DNA of 64,000 bases from an uncultured Gemmatimonadales bacterium (lineage in GTDB: Bacteria; Gemmatimonadota; Gemmatimonadetes; Gemmatimonadales; Gemmatimonadaceae), in NCBI GenBank assembly GCA_963851265.1, contig CAWKNZ010000010.1, forward strand, positions 32,001 to 96,000. Direction: 5' to 3'. The position numbers were made by a program, and so were the translations under genes. The notes under the pieces are model-generated. The model had not been told where the DNA came from, searched no databases, and worked only from the letters and a program-made list of their open reading frames with translations. This document shows positions 48,761-57,450 of this stretch, in pieces; the stretch's first letter is position 1, and each line of letters opens with the position of its first letter.

Positions 48761-50485
48761 TCACGGCGCGTTGCGGTAGAACGTGCTGTTCGTGTCCATG
48801 CCGAGCCCCTGCCACTGCGGGTCCGTCTTCCAGCCCTGGAACTCGAAGCCCGGGGAGACGTTCGCGGCGATGCGGTGCAGGTAGTAGATGTTGTGCACGA
48901 AGCGGTTATTCCGGCCGTTGAAGATACCCGAGCCGCCGTCGTCCTCGACGAGCCCCGCGGCGACGTCCGCATGGGTCGGCGAGTAGCCCGTTTGCGGGGT
49001 CGTCTGCGTGATCGTGTTGTCGTGCACGTAGAGGTTCTGCACGAGGTATGCGCCGTACGGACCCGATCCCCGGCTCTGCTGAATGCCGGTGATGCCGTTG
49101 AAGTTACCGGACACGGTGTTGCCGTAGATCTCGACGTTGGGCGACGCCGCGATGCCGATGCCCGCGTTCCACAGCCACGCGTTGCCGCGAGGGTCGCGCC
49201 AGCCGTTGTTGGTGACCGTGTTGTTCCGGATCACGGCGTCGTAGCTCTTCTCGCGGAAGATCCCTTCGCACGCGTTGTTGTCGACGCGGTTGTTCTCGAT
49301 GAGGGTGTGGATGTTGCCCTCGTCGGTCCAGAGGCCCACGCCCTGGTTGTCGTGCACGTAATTGCCGCGGATGACCAGGCTGTCGGTGAGCGTCCACTTG
49401 GTGCCGCCCGACTCGAAGTTGAGGTCGCCCGTGCGGCTGTAGTTGCCCCACGCGATCTCGTTGTTCTCCACGAGCACGTAGTTACCCGCGCCCGAGATGT
49501 TCGAGACGTAGTTGTGGTGCACGTTGTTGTTCGTGACGCGCATGCGGTCGCCGACACGGATGCCGAAGTAGCCGCTGTAGCTCACCTCGTTGCTGTCGAC
49601 CACCCAGCCCACGGTCGCGTTGCCCGGGGCACTACCGCCGCTGATCGCGCCGTCCTGGAACGGGGGGGCGTAGTTGGTGATCTTCATCCCGCGGATGGTG
49701 ACGTTGTTCACCCAACCGGTGCCCGCGTAGCCGCGGAATGCCCACTGCGTCCGCCCCTGGCCGTCGAGCACCGTGCCGGGCTCGCCGTGGAACACGTCCC
49801 CGGCTTTCGGGATCACGGTCTGCTGCACGTGCGTCCCCGACTTCAGGATGAACGTGGTGCCGGCCGGCGCCGCGTTCACGGCCGCCTGGATGCTCTGCCC
49901 TGGGTACACCGGCGTGCCGACCAGCACCGGGGCCGGCGGCGGCGCAGCGATGCCCGTACCACCGGTGGTGTTGGCCCACTTCTGATTGCTGCCGCCGCCG
50001 CACGACCAGATCTGCAGTGGGGTGCCGTTCGACGTGCCGAAGTTCGTGGCGTCGAGGCACATGCCGTTGACACCCTTGATCTCGCCGGCCGCCGAAGCGG
50101 TCCACAGCTGGCTCGGCGCGCCCGTACAAGGCCAGATCATCACCGGCGTGCCGTTCGCGCTCAGACCGCCCGACGTGTCGAGGCACATCGTGCCGCCATA
50201 GACGCGGATGGTCTTGTCGCTCTGCCAGGTCCACTGCTGGTTGACGCCGCCGCTGCAGTTCCACAGCTGGAGACCGGCGCCGGCGCTCTGGCTGATGTTG
50301 ACGACGTCCATGCACTGGCCGGACGCGGCAGCGCTGGAGATCGACCCGGCCGTGCCGGTGTTGGGCGTCAGGCTGTAGGCCGGCGCTACTGTGCTGCCGG
50401 TCGGGGCGGTGGCGAGCGTGTGGTCGGAGCACGCCGCACCGCCGAGGGCGAGCACGGCGACCGTTGCTGCACGAGACAACTGCAT
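48761..50485 (-). CDS. Secreted lipoprotein: ricin-B lectin domain + right-handed parallel beta-helix
   Basis: Lipobox GAAC; three QxW ricin subrepeats (CMDV..NQQW, CLDT..SQLW, CLDA..NQKW); beta-helix paralogous to 44331-45917; AGGAG RBS. Confidence 0.88.
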   Translation of the reverse strand: MQLSRAATVAVLALGGAACSDHTLATAPTGSTVAPAYSLTPNTGTAGSISSAAASGQCMDVVNISQSAGAGLQLWNCSGGVNQQWTWQSDKTIRVYGGTMCLDTSGGLSANGTPVMIWPCTGAPSQLWTASAAGEIKGVNGMCLDATNFGTSNGTPLQIWSCGGGSNQKWANTTGGTGIAAPPPAPVLVGTPVYPGQSIQAAVNAAPAGTTFILKSGTHVQQTVIPKAGDVFHGEPGTVLDGQGRTQWAFRGYAGTGWVNNVTIRGMKITNYAPPFQDGAISGGSAPGNATVGWVVDSNEVSYSGYFGIRVGDRMRVTNNNVHHNYVSNISGAGNYVLVENNEIAWGNYSRTGDLNFESGGTKWTLTDSLVIRGNYVHDNQGVGLWTDEGNIHTLIENNRVDNNACEGIFREKSYDAVIRNNTVTNNGWRDPRGNAWLWNAGIGIAASPNVEIYGNTVSGNFNGITGIQQSRGSGPYGAYLVQNLYVHDNTITQTTPQTGYSPTHADVAAGLVEDDGGSGIFNGRNNRFVHNIYYLHRIAANVSPGFEFQGWKTDPQWQGLGMDTNSTFYRNAP

Positions 50486-50519
50486 TCCGAACTTCTCCTG
50501 CTTAGGGCCTTCGGTGGGG

Positions 50520-50650
50520 ACCGTCCGGCAGCTCGACCAGCATGGCCCCCGTCCGCCTGGAACGGGGGTGGTAGCTTCGAAGCTTTGCGACCCCGACTTT
50601 CGCCGGGTGTGCCTTTGTCGCGGCCTTCCGATGTGCGGAGGCCCTACGAC
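50520..50650 (-). ncRNA. c-di-GMP-I (GEMM-I) riboswitch, copy 2
   Basis: Minus strand GCGACAAAGGCACACCCGGC-GAAA-GTCGGGGTCGCAAAGCTTCGAAGCTACC...TGCTGGTCGAGCTGCCGGA, about 35 nt upstream of the 50485 start. Confidence 0.85.
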
Positions 50651-50838
50651 TGCGCCGTCCAGGTGCGTCTTGCGGGGACGGCTGGAGCCTACCCGGGCCG
50701 GTGCCCTCCGCGAAGCGGGCAGATTTGCGCGATTGTGAGCGCAATCACCGATTACGCGGCGTCGCTGATACGGCGTTCTACCCTCAGTGACCGGAAGCTG
50801 CCCGGTGCGTCTTCCGCAGTTTGCGCCGGTCGACCGCG

Positions 50839-52476
50839 TCAGCGGACGGCCGAAGTCGCGCCGTCGCACGATGCGCCCGTGCCCGCGCGCGCGGGACGGG
50901 GCGTACGAACATATAGTATCGCTTCAGAACCATACCCGCGGAATGCGGTGTCGCGCGCGAAGCACGCGTCGGCGTACCTGCGCAGGATGCGCGCTTCCGT
51001 GCGCGACTGCGCGCTCAACTCCGTCCGGCTGAGCAGGAGCCAAACGCGCCGCTCGCCTCCGAGCAGGCGCGCCGCGGCCCGCGAGATGGCGACGGTGTCC
51101 GCGCCGAGCTCCGCGCCCGGGAACGGCACGACGCGGCGCGCCACCCCGCGCGCGTAGGCCCGGCGGTAATAGTAGTCCGTCACCGTCGACGTGTACGACG
51201 CGCTCACCACCACGGGATCAACTCCCAACCGCCCCACGCGCGCGATGAACGCCGTCGCCCCGCGGCTGTCCTCGCGGGCGTAGCGCGGGTCACCGTAGTA
51301 GCCGCGAAGCGACGCGGCGCTCAGCGCGACGAGGGATGCCGCGGCGACCGCGCGCGCCCACGCCGGCCGGAGCGCGCACACGCCGCTCGCGAGCAGCACG
51401 ACGAACGCGGGGAACGCAATCACTGCGTACCGCACGTTGTACGGGTAGCGCGCCGACACCGAGCCGGCCGCCGCGAATGCGACCGGGACGACGCCTAACA
51501 GGACGACGGCCGCGAGCGCGCGCGGCGCGCGACGCCACAACGCCCGCGCGCCAGCCGCGAGCAGCGCGGCCAGCCCGAGCAACACCGGCGCGATCAGCCC
51601 GGCCGCCGCGCGAGCCACCTCGCCCGGCGCGCGGAGGTGGAACTCGGCGACGCTCGGCCCGAGCGAGTACCCCGCGCCGAATACCCATAGCGTGAACCCG
51701 AGCACCGACGGGTCGAACGACCCGTCGGTGTGGTTGGTCGGATAGTGATAGATGGTGAAATACCGCAGGAATCCGGGCACGATCAGCAGGCCCGCGGCGA
51801 CGAACACGGCCGCCCACCGCGGCCAGCGCGACGGCGGCTCGTACAGCGCGACCACGGCCACCGCGATCGGCACGAGCGCGAGCCCGACGGTGTGACAGTA
51901 GAACGAGGCCGTCAGCAGCAGCGCCACACCGACGCGCGGCCACGTCGCATCCGGCCTGTCAATCGCGATCTGGGTCGCGCGCAGCGTGCCGAGGGCGAGC
52001 AGCATCAACGTCGCGTAGGCGCGGGCTTCCTGACTGAACCAGACGTCGAAGGGGGAGATCGCGAACAGCGCCGCGCCGACCGCCGCGGTCGCCGTCCCCA
52101 CCCACCGGCGCGCGACCACGTAGAGCAGCGGGATGCACAGCGTGCCCGCCGCGACCGACACCGCGCGTAAGACCGCTTCCGAGTCGCCGAATCGGAGTGC
52201 CGCGTTGACGAGCAAAAAGTACAGGGGCGGGACCGACCCGTCGTACTCCCGCTGGGTGATCACCCACCACGGCGAGCCCGCCGAACTCAGATACGTGGCC
52301 GCCTCGTCGACCCAGAGGCTCTGCGCGCCAACCCGGTACAGTCGGAGGACGAGGCCCACCAGGGTCGCAGCGACGACCAAGGCGCGGGCGTCGCCGGCGA
52401 GCCTCGCCCAGGGAACACGGTGCCGCACGTCAGCCGGCGTAGCGGGCGGACGCGAATCGCGAGCAGATTCACTCAC
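50839..52476 (-). CDS. GT-C fold membrane glycosyltransferase (GT39/PMT_2-like)
   Basis: LRLYRVGAQSLWVDE, PPLYF, SQEARAY, multi-TM. Start approximate. Confidence 0.85.
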   Translation of the reverse strand: MSESARDSRPPATPADVRHRVPWARLAGDARALVVAATLVGLVLRLYRVGAQSLWVDEAATYLSSAGSPWWVITQREYDGSVPPLYFLLVNAALRFGDSEAVLRAVSVAAGTLCIPLLYVVARRWVGTATAAVGAALFAISPFDVWFSQEARAYATLMLLALGTLRATQIAIDRPDATWPRVGVALLLTASFYCHTVGLALVPIAVAVVALYEPPSRWPRWAAVFVAAGLLIVPGFLRYFTIYHYPTNHTDGSFDPSVLGFTLWVFGAGYSLGPSVAEFHLRAPGEVARAAAGLIAPVLLGLAALLAAGARALWRRAPRALAAVVLLGVVPVAFAAAGSVSARYPYNVRYAVIAFPAFVVLLASGVCALRPAWARAVAAASLVALSAASLRGYYGDPRYAREDSRGATAFIARVGRLGVDPVVVSASYTSTVTDYYYRRAYARGVARRVVPFPGAELGADTVAISRAAARLLGGERRVWLLLSRTELSAQSRTEARILRRYADACFARDTAFRGYGSEAILYVRTPRPARAGTGASCDGATSAVR

Positions 52477-52648
52477 CGGGTCGAAGACCTTGGGACAGGG
52501 CGTGCGCCCCGCATGCGGTACCGGCCGCACGCGGCATCGGCAACATAGTGCGACGACCGAGTTCGGCGACCGCACGGCGCACGACGATCATGCGTCGCAT
52601 TCTTGCTCCGTCTGGCACGAACGCGCCGGCCACCGTATATGCGGGCAT

Positions 52649-53770
52649 ATGAATGTTCCGAGCGCATCGCGCGACGACGCACCCGACCGGCCACCGCTGG
52701 CGCTTTTGTACGGCACGCGCCCGCAGGTGATCAAGGCGTCCATCCTCGCACACGCCCTCGATCCGCACTGGGACGTGCTCGCCGTCGACACCGGCCAGCA
52801 TTACGACTACGCACTCAATGCGTTGCTGTACCAACAGCTCGGCGTACGGTCGCCCGACGTGTGTCTGGACGTCGGCTCCGGGGACCACGCGACGCAGACC
52901 GCGCTCGTGCTCACCCGAGCGGCTGCGGTGCTCGCGGCCCGAGGCGAGCGGCGGCCGCGCGTCGCCGTAGTCATCGGCGACACCAACAGCACCCTCGGAT
53001 GCGCCCTCGCCGCCGCCAAGCTGCGCATCCCCGTCGTACACGTCGAGGCCGGTCTGCGCTGCGGTGACGCGCTCATGGCCGAGGAAATCAACCGGCGTGC
53101 CGTCGACGCGGTGAGTGCCGTGCTCTGCACGCCGTCGGACGCGGCCACGACGCGCCTGCACCAGGAGGGGCCCTCCGGGAACGTCGTGCAGACGGGCGAC
53201 GTCGCGTACGACGTGCTGCTGCGCGCGCTCCCGCGAACCGCCGCGCCGGGCGCGATCGACGGGTGGCCGATTCCGGCGGGGACCGATTTCGTACTCGCCA
53301 CGCTCCACCGATCGGAACTCGTCGACGACGCCGCGCGTCTGACCACCGCGTTCGATGCGTTCCGGCATCTCCCCCTCCCCGTCGTCTTTGCCGCACACCC
53401 GCGCACGCGTACCGCGCTCGCGGCCCACGGGCTCACGCCTCCGCCCGGCATGTACGTGATCCCGCCGCTCGGGTATTTCGAGACGCTCGCTGCCGTGCGC
53501 GGCGCGGCGGTCGTCGTCACCGACTCCGGCGGCCTCCAACGCGAGGCGTACTGGCTCGGGACGCCGTGCGTGACGCTGCGGACCGAGACCGAATGGGTCG
53601 AAACGGTCGCGCTCGGGGCCAACCAGCTCGTCGGACCCGACGTACTCGAACGGCTCCCTACCACGGTCGCTCGCGCGATTCCGGCCCGCAGCCGCGGGTG
53701 GGACCGTAGCGCGTACGGCACAGGGGAGGCAGCAGATCGGGTCGCGGCCGCGCTACAGTCGTTCGCGTGA
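52649..53770 (+). CDS. wecB: UDP-N-acetylglucosamine 2-epimerase (non-hydrolysing), copy 1
   Basis: GTRPQVIK, TGQHYD, GDTNST, HVEAGLR, EEINR, TDSGGLQREA. Confidence 0.9.
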   Translation: MNVPSASRDDAPDRPPLALLYGTRPQVIKASILAHALDPHWDVLAVDTGQHYDYALNALLYQQLGVRSPDVCLDVGSGDHATQTALVLTRAAAVLAARGERRPRVAVVIGDTNSTLGCALAAAKLRIPVVHVEAGLRCGDALMAEEINRRAVDAVSAVLCTPSDAATTRLHQEGPSGNVVQTGDVAYDVLLRALPRTAAPGAIDGWPIPAGTDFVLATLHRSELVDDAARLTTAFDAFRHLPLPVVFAAHPRTRTALAAHGLTPPPGMYVIPPLGYFETLAAVRGAAVVVTDSGGLQREAYWLGTPCVTLRTETEWVETVALGANQLVGPDVLERLPTTVARAIPARSRGWDRSAYGTGEAADRVAAALQSFA

Positions 53771-53802
53771 ATGGGGACGTCCTGTGCCGCGTGTCACATC
53801 CT

Positions 53803-53832
53803 ATTGCGTGAATGACAGGGCAGTCATAGTGT
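53803..53832 (+). promoter_or_regulatory. Candidate promoter of the second polysaccharide operon
   Basis: TTGCGT-N17-TAGTGT; shares ATTGCGTGA and CATAG at identical spacing with 31501-31530. Confidence 0.45.
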
Positions 53833-54048
53833 TGGCGCACCACGACGAGCTTAGCGGCTGATACAGCCGCGGGCCGAGCTGTTTCGTCGCGCGATCCGCC
53901 GGCCCGTTCGCACCCGTTCGGCCGCGCGCCGCGTTCTATCCGGCCCGCGACATCCATGCTCTTTGCGGAAGCGAGTACGGCGGTGGACCCCCCGCAGGGC
54001 GAGACGTGCACCGCTCCGACCGTCGTGCGGGCGGCTGCGTCGGACGAC

Positions 54049-55431
54049 ATGTCGGACGGCAGCGCGCCGTCGATCGGCGTCGTGGGCGGCGGTGTTCTTG
54101 GTCTGACCCTCGCCCTCCGTCTCAGCCAACGCGGGTACCGCGTCACCGTGCTCGAGGGCGGGCCGGCGGTCGGCGGTCTCGCTGCGACGCAGACGCTCGA
54201 CGGCTGGCCGTGCGACCGCTTCTACCACGTCGTGCTCCCGGCCGACACCGCGCTCCACGCGCTGCTGGCGGAGCTCGGCATCGCCGACCGCCTGCGGTGG
54301 GAGACGACACGGACCGGCTTCTATACCGACGGCCGACTCCGCTCGATGTCGAGCGCGATCGACTTCCTGATGTTCCCGCCGCTCGGACCTGTCGACAAGC
54401 TGCGACTCGGGTATACGGTGCTCCACGCATCGCGCGTGCGCGATTGGCGGCGCCTCGAAGCGATTCCCGTGGCCGAGTGGCTCCGCCGCCTCTCCGGCCG
54501 TCGCACGTTCGAGCGGATCTGGCTTCCGCTCCTGCGCAGCAAGCTCGGCGAGAACTACCGCGAGACGAGCGCGACGTTCATCTGGGCGACCATCGCGCGG
54601 CTCTACGGCGCGCGGCAGGCCGGGGCGAAGCGCGAGCGCTTCGGATGGATCGACGGCGGCTACGCCGGCGTGCTCGCGCGGTTCGCTGAGCACCTGGAGG
54701 CGCGCGGCGTGACGTTGAGGTGTGGCGCCGCCGTCGCCGAGGTGCGCGACCGCGCACGTCCGGCGGCAGTTGACGGCGGTGGCGCGACTGGCGTCGACGT
54801 GCGGCTCGCGACCGGCGAGCGGATGTCGTTCGACGCCGTGGCGCTCACGGTCCCGACGGGGCGCATCGCCGCTCTCGCGCCGCAGCTCGGCGACGCCGAG
54901 CGGGCGCGCCTGCGAGGGGTGACGTACCAGGGCATCGTGTGCGTGACCGTGCTCCTGCGCCGACCGCCCGCGGGCGGCTACTACGTCACGAACATCACCG
55001 ATGACGGGCTGCCATTCACCGCCGTGATCGACATGACCGCGCTGGTTGACCCGGCGAGCGTCGGCGGTCACGCCCTCGTGTATCTGCCCCGGTACGCCGC
55101 GCAGGACGATCCGATTTGGTCGCGCTCGGACGACGAGGTCGTGCGCGACTTCCTCGCCGGCCTCGCCCGCGTGCACCCGCACCTGGGGCCCGACGACGTG
55201 CTCGACGTCCGCGTGTCGCGTGCGCGCGAGGTGCTCGCGCTCACGACGCTGCACTACTCGGAGCGGTGGCTGCCGCCGGTCGCGACGTCGCTGCCCCGCG
55301 TATTCGTCGTGACCTCGGCCCAGATCGCCGCTGGCACGCTCAACGTGAACGAGACGCTGCACGTGGCGGAGTCGGGTGCGGCGGCGATCGGCGCGAGGTT
55401 AGGCGCCGCACGGGCGGCAACTCCGTGGTAG
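54049..55431 (+). CDS. FAD-dependent oxidoreductase (amine oxidase/protoporphyrinogen oxidase-like)
   Basis: IGVVGGGVLGL, VLE...VGGLA, DRFYH. Confidence 0.85.
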   Translation: MSDGSAPSIGVVGGGVLGLTLALRLSQRGYRVTVLEGGPAVGGLAATQTLDGWPCDRFYHVVLPADTALHALLAELGIADRLRWETTRTGFYTDGRLRSMSSAIDFLMFPPLGPVDKLRLGYTVLHASRVRDWRRLEAIPVAEWLRRLSGRRTFERIWLPLLRSKLGENYRETSATFIWATIARLYGARQAGAKRERFGWIDGGYAGVLARFAEHLEARGVTLRCGAAVAEVRDRARPAAVDGGGATGVDVRLATGERMSFDAVALTVPTGRIAALAPQLGDAERARLRGVTYQGIVCVTVLLRRPPAGGYYVTNITDDGLPFTAVIDMTALVDPASVGGHALVYLPRYAAQDDPIWSRSDDEVVRDFLAGLARVHPHLGPDDVLDVRVSRAREVLALTTLHYSERWLPPVATSLPRVFVVTSAQIAAGTLNVNETLHVAESGAAAIGARLGAARAATPW

Positions 55432-56492
55432 GCGCGCGCGGCGGGCGGGGGGACCCGGCGCGACCGGTCGCGAGCGTCTCGCTCGACCTCGACGACCTCT
55501 GGACGTACCTCCGGACGCACGGCGACCCCGCGTGGGAGCAGCGCCCGTCGTACCTCGCGGCGTTCGTCCCCGCGGTGCTCGACGCGCTCGACGAGGCGGG
55601 CGCGACGATCACGTTCTTCCTCGTGGGCGAGGACGCGGCGCGCGACGCCGACGCGGGCCGGCTGCGCGCACTCGCCGAGCGCGGGCACGAGATCGCCAAC
55701 CACACGTACGCGCACGACGTCTGGATGCAGACCTACGGCGAGGCGCAGGCCGACGACGAGCTCGCGCGCGCAGAGGCCGCGATCGCGGCGGCGACCGGTC
55801 GGCATCCGTCGGGGTTCCGCGGTCCGGGCTTCAGCTGGAGCCCCGCGCTCCTGCGCGTGCTCGCGCGACGCGGTTACCGCTACGACGCCTCGACGCTGCC
55901 CACGTTCATCGGCCCGCTGGCGCGTCGCTACTTCCTCGCCACCGCGCGGCTCACGCCCGCGGAACGCGCGCAGCGCACCGCGCTTTTCGGCGCGTTCCGC
56001 GACGGATTCCGGCCCAACACACCCTACCGCTGGACGCTGGGCGCCGGCCGCGAGTTGCTCGAGCTACCCGTGACCACGGTGCCGGGTGCGCGCACGCCGT
56101 TCCACCTCAGCTACCTCATGTACCTCGCCGGGTTCTCCGAGGCAGCCATGCTCGGCTACCTCCGCGCGGCGCTCGCGCTCTGCCGCGCCACCGGCACCGA
56201 GCCGAGCTTCCTCCTCCACCCGCTCGATCTGCTGGCCGCCGCGGATGCGCCAGGGCTCGAGTTCTTCCCCGGCATGGCGCTCGGCGCGGCGCGCAAGCGC
56301 CGCCTGTTCGTGCGCGTCCTCGGCGTGCTCGGCGAGCACTTCACGCTCGTACCGATGGCCGCACACGCCGAGCGCGCCGAGCGCGCGTCGCTTCCCCGTC
56401 GCACGCCGGACCGCGACCCCGGCACCAGCACGTCCGGCGACCGGCACGCCGTCGCCCCCGCCCCCAACCCGACCCCCCGCCGTGCGTCGTAA
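55425..56492 (+). CDS. Polysaccharide deacetylase (CE4/NodB-like)
   Basis: SLDLDD, HEIANHTYAH, GFRGPG, YDAS, LLHPLD. Confidence 0.87.
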   Translation: MVGARGGRGDPARPVASVSLDLDDLWTYLRTHGDPAWEQRPSYLAAFVPAVLDALDEAGATITFFLVGEDAARDADAGRLRALAERGHEIANHTYAHDVWMQTYGEAQADDELARAEAAIAAATGRHPSGFRGPGFSWSPALLRVLARRGYRYDASTLPTFIGPLARRYFLATARLTPAERAQRTALFGAFRDGFRPNTPYRWTLGAGRELLELPVTTVPGARTPFHLSYLMYLAGFSEAAMLGYLRAALALCRATGTEPSFLLHPLDLLAAADAPGLEFFPGMALGAARKRRLFVRVLGVLGEHFTLVPMAAHAERAERASLPRRTPDRDPGTSTSGDRHAVAPAPNPTPRRAS

Positions 56493-57450
56493 CCCGTACA
56501 AGGCCCTCGTCATCGGCGCGGCCGGCAACATCGGCACGCGCCTCGTCGCCCACCTCCGTTCCGTGGGGCACGACGTCGTCGAGGCCGACATCAAACCCGG
56601 TCTCCGCGAAGGCTACGTCGTCGCCGACGTCACGCAGCCGCTCGATCTACTTCCCGCGTTCGACTGGGGCCCCGACGTCGTCTTTCACCTCGCGGCGGCC
56701 GTCGGACGCACGACGTGCGAGCAGGCCGGCGCGCTCGCGGTCGCGACCAACCTGATGGGGCTCAGTAACGTGCTGCAGCTCTGCCGCCGCGCGCGGGCCA
56801 CGTGTGTGTACTTCTCGACGTCCGAGGTGTACGGGCCGGGTGACGACGTGCACGACGAGGCGGCCTCGCGCCCGCAGCCGAACAACCGCTACGGCCTCAC
56901 GAAGCACCTCGGCGAGCAGATGGTCGAGTACGAGGTGCGCCACGCCGGGCTGCGTGCCGTCACGCTCCGGCCGTGCATGATCTACGACGAGCGCGAGACG
57001 GTCGGCGAGCACCGCTCGGCGATGATTCGGTTCGCGTCCAACCTCGCGCGCGGCCGTCCGGTGACCGTGCACGCGGGAAGCGAGCGTGGCTGGCTGCACG
57101 CGTGTGATGCGGCACGCGGCATCGAGGCCGCGGCGTTCGTGCCCGAGTACGCGGCGATCAATCTCGGCCACCCCGACGTCGTGCCCATGTCCAGACTCGC
57201 CGCAATGATGTGCGACGAACTCGGTGCGGATCCGGCGCTCGTCGAGGTGCACGCGCTCCCGCCGCGCATGACGCTCGTCAAGCGCCCCGCGCTCGACCGG
57301 CAGCGCCGCTTACTGGGCTTCGTGCCCGAGATCGCGCTGGCCGACGGCGTACAGCGCGTCTGCGCCGTGCAGCGCCGTGGCGCACTGGCCGAACGCGCCC
57401 ACTACCCCACCGCCGATCTCGACACGCGGCGGAGTGCGCTCCCCGCGTGA
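56482..57450 (+). CDS. NAD-dependent epimerase/dehydratase
   Basis: IGAAGNIG, FHLAA, FSTSEVYG, YGLTK. Confidence 0.88.
   Translation: MRRNPYKALVIGAAGNIGTRLVAHLRSVGHDVVEADIKPGLREGYVVADVTQPLDLLPAFDWGPDVVFHLAAAVGRTTCEQAGALAVATNLMGLSNVLQLCRRARATCVYFSTSEVYGPGDDVHDEAASRPQPNNRYGLTKHLGEQMVEYEVRHAGLRAVTLRPCMIYDERETVGEHRSAMIRFASNLARGRPVTVHAGSERGWLHACDAARGIEAAAFVPEYAAINLGHPDVVPMSRLAAMMCDELGADPALVEVHALPPRMTLVKRPALDRQRRLLGFVPEIALADGVQRVCAVQRRGALAERAHYPTADLDTRRSALPA

Noticed and set aside
45939..50650. Riboswitches as 3'3'-cGAMP (GEMM-Ib) or GGC variants
   Set aside because: Position 20 reads G and position 47 reads A in both copies by manual alignment to Vc2, which is the canonical c-di-GMP signature.
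52613..52628. Sigma-54 promoter before wecB-1 (TGGCACGAACGCGC)
   Set aside because: The -12 GC is one base off the obligatory spacing.
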